52,816 nucleotides of DNA, from IMG/VR virus record IMGVR_UViG_3300032284_000652, positions 1-52,816 of that record. One strand, given 5' to 3'. Below the pieces are notes generated by a model, which made no database searches, was not told the DNA's origin, and was given only the letters and a program-made list of their open reading frames with translations. Positions 37,051-46,950 of this stretch are shown in pieces. Position 1 is the stretch's first letter; each line of letters opens with the position of its first letter. Position numbers and translations under genes: made by a program. Source of the stretch: a virus. Lineage: Duplodnaviria > Caudoviricetes.

Positions 37051-38259
37051 ATGGCCATTTCTGGCATTTCCGGCCCGCTGATCGTTTTTGGCCAGTCGCC
37101 CTTCCCGGCGATTGAATACAACCCCGACCTTGGCCCGTCCATGTTCTGGGGCGGAGTGGCCATTCTCGATCCGCGCACGCCGTACACCTACTTACCCGGC
37201 GAATCCTACGCGCAGGTCGATTACGGCTGGCTCGGCATTGACAACATCACCACGCTCAGTGTCGTCCCCTATACCAAGGCCGTGGCTGCAATTTCCGCCA
37301 GCGCCAACGCCACCAGCGCCACCCTGACGCTGGTGACGGCCAACTCGTCCACGACCGGCGTCTACGTCACTCCGTCCGTCCCCCGCGCCGACACTGGCGT
37401 GATTGATACCGGCGTGAACGGCGCGGGCCTGATTGCACTCGACGCCTACACGTCCGTCACGGCGTCGATTACCAACGGCGTCATGACCATCACGGCGAAC
37501 TCCGCCATGCCCGTCTCCAACGGCATGGTGCTGCTGTCGTCCACTGGCACCACGTCTTCGGGCGCGATTGCGGGAACGTATATCGTGTCTCAGCTTACGG
37601 GCGGCACGGTTGGGCAGGGGTTTGTTGGAACCTACCAACTTTCCAGCAGCAATCTGACGATCACGTCGGGCACTGTGAACTTGGCGTTCCAAAACCCTTC
37701 GACCTGCATTGTTCCGTTTGGTAATACGGGCTCGCCCGAAATTGCCATGTGGAACCCGCAGGCCTTGATTGCGCGCGCTGTGGCGGTCACCACGGCGACG
37801 GGTGCCACCGCCACTTCGGCGACCGTGTCTGGCTACGACATCTATGGCTTCCCCATGGTGGAAACCATCACGCTCGTCGCCAACACGCAAAACGTCGGCA
37901 AGAAGGCGTTCAAGTACATCAGGTCCGTGGTCCTGAACGCCGCCGACGCGACCCACGCCTACTCCGTTGACACGCTCGATGTCTTCGGGCTCCCGCTCCG
38001 GTCGGATACGTTTGCGGACATCGCGATCAATTCGGCCGCCTCCATGACTGCTGTCACGGCCGTTACAGCGGCCACTGGCTACCTGCCTAGCGACCGGACT
38101 GCCCCCAGTGCCACCACTGGCGATGTTCGTGGAACCTATGCATTTACGTCCGCCACCGGATCGGGCGGAAACAAGTTGGCGGTCCGTCAATCTCCGCAGG
38201 CCCAGAATATCGGGTTCACTGCTGGCCTCTTTGGGGCCACGCAGTACAGCAACTTCTAA
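37051..38259 (+). CDS. Virion structural protein (Thr/Ser-rich, decoration-like)
   Basis: Follows the capsid gene; GYDIYGFPMVETI...GKKAFKYI...SATTGDVRGTY. Confidence 0.7.
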   Translation: MAISGISGPLIVFGQSPFPAIEYNPDLGPSMFWGGVAILDPRTPYTYLPGESYAQVDYGWLGIDNITTLSVVPYTKAVAAISASANATSATLTLVTANSSTTGVYVTPSVPRADTGVIDTGVNGAGLIALDAYTSVTASITNGVMTITANSAMPVSNGMVLLSSTGTTSSGAIAGTYIVSQLTGGTVGQGFVGTYQLSSSNLTITSGTVNLAFQNPSTCIVPFGNTGSPEIAMWNPQALIARAVAVTTATGATATSATVSGYDIYGFPMVETITLVANTQNVGKKAFKYIRSVVLNAADATHAYSVDTLDVFGLPLRSDTFADIAINSAASMTAVTAVTAATGYLPSDRTAPSATTGDVRGTYAFTSATGSGGNKLAVRQSPQAQNIGFTAGLFGATQYSNF

Positions 38260-38273
38260 GGAAGGCATGAGCT

Positions 38274-38831
38274 ATGAAGCATCATGAACATCACGGACGT
38301 CACCACCGGGCTACCGGCGGCATCAACGAGGCAGAGATGGACCTGCGCGACAAGCCGGAAGCCCGGACTGAAGCCAGGGAAATCGATCACGAAGCCGAAG
38401 AGCGCAAGCACGGCGGCCATGTGAAGCACAAGCGCCATGCCCGCAAGCACGGCGGCGGCATTATGCATGCCCACGGCCATGCCCACCACGGCATCCACGG
38501 CAAGCATCACGAAGGCTTTGGCGCTGAGCACCACACCACCACGAAGCGGACTGCCCGCAAGCGTGGCGGCAAGGCCCTGCACGGCTCTCAAGAGGGCGAG
38601 GGCTTTGGCCCGCAAGACGAGGGCACCAAGATGCGCCGCCGTCATGGTGGTCATGTGAAGCACCACATGGCCAAGCATGTCGGCCACGTCCACGGTGAGC
38701 ATGCCAAGCATCACGCTGGCCGCAAGCCTCGCAAGTCCGGCGGCAAGGTTGGCTCCGACAGCCACCCCTTCACCTCCGCCTTCCACGGCGAGGTCCCGAA
38801 GGGTCGCAAGCTCGACATGGAAATGGACTGA
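38274..38831 (+). CDS. His-rich basic protein with six xxxGG motifs
   Basis: RATGG, RKHGG x2, RKRGG, RRHGG, RKSGG. Confidence 0.85.
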   Translation: MKHHEHHGRHHRATGGINEAEMDLRDKPEARTEAREIDHEAEERKHGGHVKHKRHARKHGGGIMHAHGHAHHGIHGKHHEGFGAEHHTTTKRTARKRGGKALHGSQEGEGFGPQDEGTKMRRRHGGHVKHHMAKHVGHVHGEHAKHHAGRKPRKSGGKVGSDSHPFTSAFHGEVPKGRKLDMEMD

Positions 38832-38861
38832 GGCTCCGGCCTCGGAAGCGAAGCTACGCGG

Positions 38862-38887
38862 ACGGGGGCCTTAGCGCCCCCGTTTTG
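38862..38887 (+). terminator. Rho-independent terminator
   Basis: acgggggc-cttagc-gcccccgt followed by ttt. Confidence 0.7.
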
Positions 38888-38903
38888 CCGTAAGGAGGCA
38901 AAA

Positions 38904-39173
38904 ATGTCTGGAGCTTGGACCCGAGACGAAGGGAAGTCCCCGCAGGGCGGCCTGAACGACCGTGGGCGGGCATCTCTGCGGGCCGAGGGTCATGACATCA
39001 AGAAGCCCGTGCGGGCCTCTGAGGCGGCCCACAGCCCCGAGGCGGCCCAGCGCCGGGATAACTTTCGGACCCGCATGTGCGGCATGAAGGAAAAACTCAC
39101 GTCCGCCAAGACGGCGCACGACCCCAACAGCCGGATCAATCTGGCCCTTAAGCGTTGGGACGTTAAGTGCTAG
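38904..39173 (+). CDS. Small basic phage protein (DUF6321-like)
   Basis: AWTR.EGK.P.GGLN..GRAS...RM.GMK.KLTSAKTA.DPNSRIN.AL..W..C. Confidence 0.7.
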   Translation: MSGAWTRDEGKSPQGGLNDRGRASLRAEGHDIKKPVRASEAAHSPEAAQRRDNFRTRMCGMKEKLTSAKTAHDPNSRINLALKRWDVKC

Positions 39174-39203
39174 TCTGGTGTGAATTTTTGAGAGGTTGAA
39201 CGA

Positions 39204-40064
39204 ATGCGCCCAGTAACAGTTTCTGTCGGCCCTCTCGCCACCGCGTCGGCCACGAACATCTGCGCCTCGCAGACCCCCAACGCCTCCACGACCTTTGTGC
39301 TCAATGGCGGCCTCGTTACCTCTTTCGCCACTGTCACCGCCTCCATTTCCGGCAATGTGATGACCGTCACCGCCCTGACCGCTGGGGCGATCCAGATCGG
39401 GCAGGCCCTGAACGGGTCGCAAGTGTCCGTCGGCACCACCGTGACCGGCGTGATTACGGGAACCGGCGGCGTCGGCACCTATGTCGTCACTCCGGCGCAG
39501 ACGGTCTCCTCAACGACCATCTACGCCAATGCGGTGGCAACGCTCGACACGCCGCGCTTCATCCTGTTCACCGCCTCGGCCAACGAGAGCGCGAAGACGC
39601 TCACGATCACGGGCGTTGACGCCAACGGATCGACCACTACCGAATTGCTGACCGCGCCGAACGCGACGACGGGGGCCTCAGTGACAAGCTGGCGCTCGAT
39701 TTCGTCCATTTCGCTCTCGGCCACGGCCGCCGGTACATTCACGGTCGGCACCACCACCACGGCCGCCAGCCCGTGGGTGCGTCTGGATGAGTACGCAAAC
39801 GCCCAGACCTCGATTCAGAATGCCGTTTCCGGCACCGTGAATTACACGGTCCAGACCAGCAATCAGGACCCCAACAGCCCGACGAACCCCGTGCAGCCCT
39901 ATCAGGTCACATGGAACTCCAGTCTGGACACGAACGCCGTCGGTGCCAGCGCCAACGTCTCCTCGTTCTTGGCCTACGCCCCCACCTACGTCCGGCTCCT
40001 GCTTAATAGCGGCACCGGAACGGTGACGATGAACGTCGTCCAGATGGGGGTCGTACCCTACTAG
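39204..40064 (+). CDS. Virion structural protein (Thr/Ser-rich)
   Basis: Composition and position; contains an inserted beta-rich module shared with other virion genes. Confidence 0.7.
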   Translation: MRPVTVSVGPLATASATNICASQTPNASTTFVLNGGLVTSFATVTASISGNVMTVTALTAGAIQIGQALNGSQVSVGTTVTGVITGTGGVGTYVVTPAQTVSSTTIYANAVATLDTPRFILFTASANESAKTLTITGVDANGSTTTELLTAPNATTGASVTSWRSISSISLSATAAGTFTVGTTTTAASPWVRLDEYANAQTSIQNAVSGTVNYTVQTSNQDPNSPTNPVQPYQVTWNSSLDTNAVGASANVSSFLAYAPTYVRLLLNSGTGTVTMNVVQMGVVPY

Positions 40065-40072
40065 GAGCTTAA

Positions 40073-40762
40073 ATGGCCATCTCGGGGACTTATACGTTCA
40101 ACCCGTCGCTCGGCGAGATCACCCTCTACGCCTTCAACTTGTGCGGCATCCGGGGGACTGCGATCCTGCAGGAGCACATGGAATCGGCCCGCATGGCCGC
40201 CAACATGATGCTGGGCCGGTGGTCGTCTCAGGGCGTGAACCTGTGGGCAGTCGATCTCCAGACCATCCCGCTGGTGCAAGGACAGGCGACCTACAGCGTA
40301 CTGTCCAGTACGGTTGCGATGCTCGACGCCTATATCGTCACGACCTCCAGCGGCGTGACGACGAACCGCCTGATCCTGCCGATCAGCCGCACGGAGTACG
40401 CCAGTTACCCCAACCCAAACCAGCAGGGTTTCCCAACCACCTACTGGTTCGACCGCCTGCTCGCCCCCACCGTGACGCTATGGCCAGTGCCGGACGGCAA
40501 CGAGACCTCGTTCAACTTCTACCGGGTCCGGCAGCTTTCCGACGCCAACTTCACCAACGGCCAGCAGATCGAGATGCCCTACTACTTCCAAGAGGCTTTC
40601 GCCTACGGTCTTGCGGAGCGTTTGGCCATGATCTGGGCCCCCGAGAAGGTGCAGATCATCAAGCCGCTGGCGGACGAGGCCTACAGCATCGCCGCCACGC
40701 AGAACGTCGAGACGGCCAACTTCTACATCTCGCCCATGGTCTCTGGTTACTGGAGGCCCTGA
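40073..40762 (+). CDS. Head-tail adaptor/connector-like protein
   Basis: SGTYTFN...AR...N.M...W...GVNLW...ISR.EY...PN...G.P..YW...LWPVPD. Confidence 0.7.
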   Translation: MAISGTYTFNPSLGEITLYAFNLCGIRGTAILQEHMESARMAANMMLGRWSSQGVNLWAVDLQTIPLVQGQATYSVLSSTVAMLDAYIVTTSSGVTTNRLILPISRTEYASYPNPNQQGFPTTYWFDRLLAPTVTLWPVPDGNETSFNFYRVRQLSDANFTNGQQIEMPYYFQEAFAYGLAERLAMIWAPEKVQIIKPLADEAYSIAATQNVETANFYISPMVSGYWRP

Positions 40763-41409
40763 TGGCTTATGCGTCTCAGGCGGGCAGAGCCCGCACAAAT
40801 CCAAGCAACCCACAGGCCCATGCCATCTGCGACCGTTGTGGCTTCCGCTACAACTGGGTCGATCTGAAGTGGCAGATGGACTGGCGGGGTGCTGCACTGC
40901 AGAACTTGCGCATTCTGGTGTGCAGCGATTGCTACGACACGCCGCAGGAGCAGCTTCGGGCCATCGTAGTGCCTGCAGACCCCACGCCCATCATCAACGC
41001 CCGCGTCGAGGACTTTGTGGCGGCCTCTGCGGGCTCCGCTACGGGCCTGCCCTACGGCCAGCCGACCAGCCTGTCGCAGCAGGGTGCGATCATGCCCCTG
41101 CAGAGCGGCGTGACCTATGGGCAGGTCATCCCGGTGTTGTCCGTAACGGCTAACGGCACCACCACCATCACGGTCACCTGCAGCACGGCCCACGGCCTCT
41201 CCACGGGCGCTCAGATCAGCGTTGAGGGCCTGACGAATGTGGGCGCGACCGGCATGTACAGCATCACGGTGACGACCGGCACGGCCTTCACCTACACGAC
41301 CTACGCGGCGGTCCCCAGCGGGCCGCTCCAGACCTCGACCACCAGAATGGTGACCGCGATTGTGGGGCTGCCCTATGGTTACACGACAATTCCCGAAGTG
41401 GGTCCCTGA
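40762..41409 (+). CDS. Virion-associated protein with CxxC pairs and C-terminal beta module
   Basis: TGATG coupling; AICDRCGFRY...VCSDCYD.PQ.Q; TAHGLSTG module. Confidence 0.7.
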   Translation: MAYASQAGRARTNPSNPQAHAICDRCGFRYNWVDLKWQMDWRGAALQNLRILVCSDCYDTPQEQLRAIVVPADPTPIINARVEDFVAASAGSATGLPYGQPTSLSQQGAIMPLQSGVTYGQVIPVLSVTANGTTTITVTCSTAHGLSTGAQISVEGLTNVGATGMYSITVTTGTAFTYTTYAAVPSGPLQTSTTRMVTAIVGLPYGYTTIPEVGP

Positions 41410-41410
41410 C

Positions 41411-41644
41411 ATGACATTCGACCAACTCCTCCAGTGGAGCATCGCATTTGTGTCGGCGGCCCTCGGCTACGCCATCAGGGAGCTTTGGGTGGCCACCCAG
41501 AAGCTGCGGCAGGACATCTCCGATCTGGAGAACCGACTGCCCATACAATTTGTCCAGAAGGACGACTATCGGAACGACATCAACCGGGTCATGGAGCAAC
41601 TGGACCGCATCTATAACAAGCTCGACAAGAAGGTGGACAGGTGA
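41411..41644 (+). CDS. Single-TM coiled-coil protein, possible holin/anti-holin
   Basis: One N-terminal TM then charged coiled coil; coupled to the endolysin. Confidence 0.6.
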   Translation: MTFDQLLQWSIAFVSAALGYAIRELWVATQKLRQDISDLENRLPIQFVQKDDYRNDINRVMEQLDRIYNKLDKKVDR

Positions 41645-42054
41645 GCAGCCGCAGCCTCATAGACCTGCATCCGACTGTGATGGCCAAGTGTGTGGCCCAC
41701 ATCGCGGCGTGCAAGAACGCAGGCATCGACCTCCTGATCACCTGCACCTACCGCTCGCCCGAAGAGCAGGACGCCCTGTACGCGCAGGGCCGCACGACGC
41801 CGGGCGCGATTGTCACCAATGCCAAGGGCGGGCAGTCGATGCACCAGTACCGCCTCGCCTACGACTGCGTGCCGATCCGCAATGGCAAGTGCGTCTGGGA
41901 TGGCTCCGATCCGGCGTGGGCGACTGTCGGCGAACTGGGCAAGGCGCAGGGCCTCGAATGGGGCCACGACTGGCCCACGTTTCGCGAAATGCCACATTTT
42001 GAACTGACCAACGGCCACCCGCTCTCGTATTTTGAAGGCGGCGGCACGCTGTAG
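41641..42054 (+). CDS. Endolysin, peptidase M15 (L-Ala-D-Glu type)
   Basis: YRSPEEQDALYAQGRT...VTNAKGGQSMH...AYD...LEWG..W..FREMPHFE. Confidence 0.92.
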   Translation: MSSRSLIDLHPTVMAKCVAHIAACKNAGIDLLITCTYRSPEEQDALYAQGRTTPGAIVTNAKGGQSMHQYRLAYDCVPIRNGKCVWDGSDPAWATVGELGKAQGLEWGHDWPTFREMPHFELTNGHPLSYFEGGGTL

Positions 42055-42104
42055 CGCCAAGGGGTGCGATCTGCTACCCTGTCAAGACAATTTCGGGGTA
42101 ATCC

Positions 42105-42857
42105 ATGGCCGCCAGCACCACTGCCCTGACGTACAACTCCTACGTCACTCAGATCGCCACCATGGCGGTGGTCAACACCACTACCAGCGGCGGCCTGACC
42201 GTGTTCTCGGACACGGCCATGCAGAACGCCCTGCCCCAGATGCTGAACTATGCCGAGCTTCGCATCCAGCGCGACCTTGACCTGCTGCCCCTGCAGACCA
42301 CCAACACCACCTACAGCCTTTCCACAGGCAGCAACACCCTGTCGATCCTGACCAGCGACTTCGTGACGCTGCAGAATATCATCCTGACCGGCACCGGCCA
42401 GCCGCTTCTGCCAGTGACCAAGGAGTGGCTGCAGAACGTCTACGGCATCGGATCGACGCGGGGCCCGCCCGCGTACTTTGCGCCCTACGGCGGGGACACC
42501 AGCGGCGGCAACACCAACCAGTATTTCATCGTGGGCCCGATCCCCGATCAGGCCTACGCTTTGACGCTGGTAGGAACGATCCGCATGCCCACGCTTTACG
42601 TGACCAGCGGCACCGGCACCAACACCACCTTCATCTCGACTTACCTGCCGGACCTGCTGATCATGGCCAGCATGATCTACGTCAGCGCCTACCAGCGCAA
42701 CTTTGGACGCCAGAGCGATGATCCGGCCATGGCCCAGTCCTACGAGAGCCAGTACCAAGCCCTCATGAAGGGCGCGATGGTTGAGGAGTATCGGAAACGT
42801 TTTGAAGCTTATGCATGGTCCTCTGAATCGGTCTCGCCCGCAGCAACGAAAGGGTGA
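42105..42857 (+). CDS. Head-tail adaptor-like protein
   Basis: AELRIQRDL...GPPAYFA...VGPIPDQAY...PDLLIMASM. Confidence 0.7.
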   Translation: MAASTTALTYNSYVTQIATMAVVNTTTSGGLTVFSDTAMQNALPQMLNYAELRIQRDLDLLPLQTTNTTYSLSTGSNTLSILTSDFVTLQNIILTGTGQPLLPVTKEWLQNVYGIGSTRGPPAYFAPYGGDTSGGNTNQYFIVGPIPDQAYALTLVGTIRMPTLYVTSGTGTNTTFISTYLPDLLIMASMIYVSAYQRNFGRQSDDPAMAQSYESQYQALMKGAMVEEYRKRFEAYAWSSESVSPAATKG

Positions 42858-42859
42858 CC

Positions 42860-43411
42860 ATGTTTTATGTTTATGAGCATTGGCGTCCTGATCGTAACGA
42901 ATGTTTTTACGTGGGAAAGGGTAAGGGCTCTCGCGCCAACATGATGCGCCGAAGGAATAAATTCCACGCGGCCATTCAAAACAAATTGGCCCGACTTGGT
43001 CTTGCGGTTGAGGTCCGCATTATTGCTCACGGCCTTACAGAAGCCGAGGCATTCGATTTGGAGAGAACGCGCATTGCCTTGTGGCAATCAGACGGAGCCG
43101 ATTTGGCCAATATGACCAAAGGCGGAGATGGCATTTTTGGATTTTCCCATTCCAAAGAAACCCGTGAAAAAATGTCCCGATCTGCGCTTGGCGTAAAAAA
43201 ATCGGACGAAGCTAAAAAAAATATGTCCCTTGCTAAAAGGGGGAAATCTTGTTTTCCGCCATCGCTTCAAAAAGCGATTTTGGCCAAAACTGGAAGGCCC
43301 ACTCCTCCAGAGGTGCGCGCAAAAATGTCCGAAGCTGCTAAGCGACGAGACCCAAAATGTTATGCTCGCATGGTTGCCACTCGCCGGGCTAAAAAGGTCG
43401 AGGAGCAGTAA
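42860..43411 (+). mobile_element. Free-standing GIY-YIG homing endonuclease with NUMOD3-like repeats
   Basis: FYVY.H......FYVGKG...R...E...N.T.GG; HSKETREKMS repeats; AT-rich relative to flanks. Confidence 0.85.
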
Positions 43412-43414
43412 GCC

Positions 43415-45712
43415 ATGCCCCACGCCTCCCTCAAGCTCAAGCCGGGTCTGGATGAGAACGAGACGTTCGCCCTCAACGAGGCGGGCTTCTCGCAGTCCCA
43501 GCTTGTGCGCTTCATCTACGACCGCACGCAGGGCGCTCTGGTGCAGAAGCTGGGCGGCTGGACCAAATACTACTCTACAGCCCTCCCGGCCATCGTGCGG
43601 GCCCTGTGGGCGTGGGTGGACCCCAATCTCAACAGCCACCTCGCCTTCGGCACGCAGACGCTCTCGGGCCAGTCCTACGCGCAGCTTGGCGTCCTGACGA
43701 ACAACAATCTGGCCGTCATCACTCCGTCCACGACCACTGATAACGTGGCCCTCAGTCTCGCCACGACGGCCGGATCGAGCACGGTTACCATCACGGACGG
43801 CACCACCACCGGCATCACGCAATACGATGCTGTGTTCATTCAGACGCACATCGCGGTTGGCGGCACGGTCCTCTACGGCCTGTATCAGACCTTCAATCCG
43901 ACGCTGTCCACGACCACCTACAACGTGGTCGCGCAGGACGCTCTGGGAAACCCCCTTCTGCTGCTCCAGACGGCCTCTACAGCCGTTTTCACGGGCTCCA
44001 TAAGCGGAACCACCCTGACCGTCTCGGCGACCACCAGCGGCACGATACAGGCCAACCAGACGGTCACGGGCGGCACAACCTCAACCGCCACCTTCATCGT
44101 GGCGCAGCTTACCGGCACTGTGGGCGGCATCGGCACCTATCAAGTCAACAACAGCCAGACGGTGGGATCGGCCACCCTGACCGGCACGCCCTACACTGTG
44201 GCGGCTTTCACGACTACCAATGCGCTCAACACGGTCACCGTGACCCTACCCAACCACGGCTACAGCGTCGGCAGCACCTACCCGCTGCTGGTGACGACCA
44301 CGATCAGCGGCATCACGCTCTACGGCAACTACGTGGTCCAGTCGGTTCCCAATAGCTGGTCCTTCGTCATCAACGGCCCGCAGGTCGCCACGTCCTCAAC
44401 TACCGCCTACGTCAATGGCGGCCTTGCGCGATACCTCTACAGCTTCGGCGTTGGTGCAAACCCGGCGGGTACCGGCTACGGCATCAACGGCTACGGCATC
44501 GGCGGTTATGGCACGGGCGCGTCAATCTCTCCCAGCCTCGGAACGCCGATCCCGGCCATCGACTGGACCATGGACAACTGGGGCGGCTACCTCATTTCCT
44601 GCCCTATCAACAGCACCGGCTTCCAGCCGATCTACGTCTACGATCCCACGTCTGGCGGCACGGAGGCGACCTGCATCCCGCAGGGCCCGACCGTCAATGA
44701 TGGCATCTTCGTGGCCATGCCCCAGCGGCAGATCATCGCGTGGGGTTCCAGCTTCACCGGCATTCAGGACCCACTCCTGATCCGGTGGTGCGATGTGAAC
44801 AACTTCACCACATGGATCGCCCAAATCACGAACCAAGCGGGCTCCTACCGCCTGCCGAAGGGCTCCAAGATCGTCGGGGCCATGCAGGGTCCGCAGCAGG
44901 GTCTGGTATGGACTGACGTGGACGTGTGGGCCATGCAGTACGTCGGCCAGCCCTACATCTACAGCTTCAACGAAATCGGCTCCGGGTGCGGCCTGATCGG
45001 GCGCAAAGCCATGGCCTCGATCAACGGCTCCATCTACTGGATGGGCACGTCGTCCTTCTTCTCCCTGACCGGCGGCGGCGTGCAGCCGGTGGCGTGCCCG
45101 ATCTGGGACGTGATCTTCCAGCAACTGGACCAGACCAACCTCTACAAGATCAGGACAGCAGTGAACTCGCTCTTCGGGGAGATCACATGGTACTACCCCA
45201 CCACGTCGTCCGGGGGCGAAGTGACGGCCTATGCCAAGTACAATGTGAACCTTGGCGTCTGGGACTTCGGCAACCTTGGCCGGTCGGCGTGGATTGACAA
45301 GTCCGTGCTGGGAAACCCCATTGGGGCTGATCCGTCGAGCCTGTACCTGTATCAGCATGAGACCTCGAACGACGCGGACGGCACGGCCATGGCCAGCAAC
45401 TTCCAGACCGGCTATTTCGCGACCAGCGAGGGCGACTACAAGGTCTTCGTCGATCAGGTGTGGCCCGACATGAAGTGGGGCACATATGGGGGCACCCAGA
45501 ACGCCACGGTGAACATCACCTTTTCAACGGCGGATTACCCCGGCGGCACGGTCACGACCTATGGCCCCTACCCCGTGGTTCAGGGAACCAGCTTCATCAG
45601 TCCCCGGTTCCGGGCACGCCTGATGTCCATTACCATCGGCAGCAGTGACGTTGGCAGCTTCTGGCGTCTGGGCAACATTCGCTATCGCCTCCAGCAAGAT
45701 GGGAAATACTGA
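43415..45712 (+). CDS. Tail nozzle/stabilisation protein (P22 gp10-like)
   Basis: 765 aa beta-rich; LKPG...VRF...QKLGGW; DPLLIRWCD...W.....NQAGS.RL..GS.I; ends RLG..R.....DG. Confidence 0.75.
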   Translation: MPHASLKLKPGLDENETFALNEAGFSQSQLVRFIYDRTQGALVQKLGGWTKYYSTALPAIVRALWAWVDPNLNSHLAFGTQTLSGQSYAQLGVLTNNNLAVITPSTTTDNVALSLATTAGSSTVTITDGTTTGITQYDAVFIQTHIAVGGTVLYGLYQTFNPTLSTTTYNVVAQDALGNPLLLLQTASTAVFTGSISGTTLTVSATTSGTIQANQTVTGGTTSTATFIVAQLTGTVGGIGTYQVNNSQTVGSATLTGTPYTVAAFTTTNALNTVTVTLPNHGYSVGSTYPLLVTTTISGITLYGNYVVQSVPNSWSFVINGPQVATSSTTAYVNGGLARYLYSFGVGANPAGTGYGINGYGIGGYGTGASISPSLGTPIPAIDWTMDNWGGYLISCPINSTGFQPIYVYDPTSGGTEATCIPQGPTVNDGIFVAMPQRQIIAWGSSFTGIQDPLLIRWCDVNNFTTWIAQITNQAGSYRLPKGSKIVGAMQGPQQGLVWTDVDVWAMQYVGQPYIYSFNEIGSGCGLIGRKAMASINGSIYWMGTSSFFSLTGGGVQPVACPIWDVIFQQLDQTNLYKIRTAVNSLFGEITWYYPTTSSGGEVTAYAKYNVNLGVWDFGNLGRSAWIDKSVLGNPIGADPSSLYLYQHETSNDADGTAMASNFQTGYFATSEGDYKVFVDQVWPDMKWGTYGGTQNATVNITFSTADYPGGTVTTYGPYPVVQGTSFISPRFRARLMSITIGSSDVGSFWRLGNIRYRLQQDGKY

Positions 45713-46164
45713 TGGCGCTCGGACCCGTCACCCTTGGCCCAAACATGGGCGGAGCCTCGGTCTCCGACATCCTGACCGCGTTCAAGAACAACGTGGTCGC
45801 GATCTCGAACCTCGGGACCTACATCCAGAGCATCTACAACAACGTGCCGACCCAGCAGTTGTCCGGCGGCGCGGCCACCACGGCCACGTCCACCCTGTTC
45901 ACGGCCTCATCCGGCGCGCGGGCGCACCTGAACACCATCAATGTCTGCAACACGTCGTCGTCGGCGGTGACTTTCTCGATCTACATTGTCGCGCCCGGCG
46001 GCACGGCCAGCGCCGCCAATGCTATCTTCTATAACTGCCCCTTGACGCCCAACACGACCACGCTCTGGACCGGCACGCTCATCGTGCCCGCAGGCGGCTC
46101 GATACAGGCCTCGGCCTCCTCCACGGCCGTGACGTTCAATCTGGCTGGGGGGAATGCGGTATGA
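45712..46164 (+). CDS. Virion structural protein
   Basis: TGATG coupling; short helix followed by a Thr/Ser beta domain. Confidence 0.7.
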   Translation: MALGPVTLGPNMGGASVSDILTAFKNNVVAISNLGTYIQSIYNNVPTQQLSGGAATTATSTLFTASSGARAHLNTINVCNTSSSAVTFSIYIVAPGGTASAANAIFYNCPLTPNTTTLWTGTLIVPAGGSIQASASSTAVTFNLAGGNAV

Positions 46165-46940
46165 GCCTGTCATCCTTTCCCGCCTTTGCCGGATCGACCG
46201 AGAGCACGCTCACAGCGCCGTGGTACATGCAGGTGGCGCGCGGGCTGGTGCCGGGCGCGTCGGTGATCAACATCTACGGCTACCAGACCGCCCTGCCTGC
46301 CAGCGGCGGCGCGACCTACTATCCGGTGTGGGAGAACACTACCGCGTACACCTACCCCGTGTCGGCCACGACCATGCTGCTCTGGTCATCGTCGGCGTCT
46401 GACACCAACGTGTCGGTGCTGATCCAAGGCCTCGACGCCTCATACAACCAGATTTCCGAGACGCTGGTTCTGACCAATGGCACGACGGGCGTGACCACGG
46501 TCAACAGCTACCTGCGGATCAACGGCATCCAGACCACCGGCTCAGTTAACGCAGTCGGCACCATCAATTTGGGTAACGCCGGAAAGACGATCCAATACGC
46601 TGAAATTGTTGCGGGCAACGGCAAGTCCCAGATGATGATCTACACCGTGCCGAATGGGTACACGTTCTATTTGACGCGGTCGAATGCCTACTCCAGCCTC
46701 AACGGCAACACGGCGGGCAACTACGCCAACTACCGGGTGCAGACGTTCTCATCCACTGGCCTTGTCCAAAATGTGCTGCAGGCCCCCTTTACGACCAACT
46801 ACCAGACCATGCGCGTGGCCCCTCGGGCGTACACGCAGAAGACCGACATCCAATGGCAGGCCGCAGGCAACCCGGCGTCCGGCACCTTCTCTGTCGGCAT
46901 CGGCGTCGAGGGCGTCCTGATCCTCAACGGCAGCGCATAA
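46161..46940 (+). CDS. Virion structural protein
   Basis: QVARGLVPG...SSSASDT...GLDASYN..SE...YTVPNGYTFY. Confidence 0.7.
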   Translation: MSLSSFPAFAGSTESTLTAPWYMQVARGLVPGASVINIYGYQTALPASGGATYYPVWENTTAYTYPVSATTMLLWSSSASDTNVSVLIQGLDASYNQISETLVLTNGTTGVTTVNSYLRINGIQTTGSVNAVGTINLGNAGKTIQYAEIVAGNGKSQMMIYTVPNGYTFYLTRSNAYSSLNGNTAGNYANYRVQTFSSTGLVQNVLQAPFTTNYQTMRVAPRAYTQKTDIQWQAAGNPASGTFSVGIGVEGVLILNGSA

Positions 46941-46950
46941 GGGGCTCACC

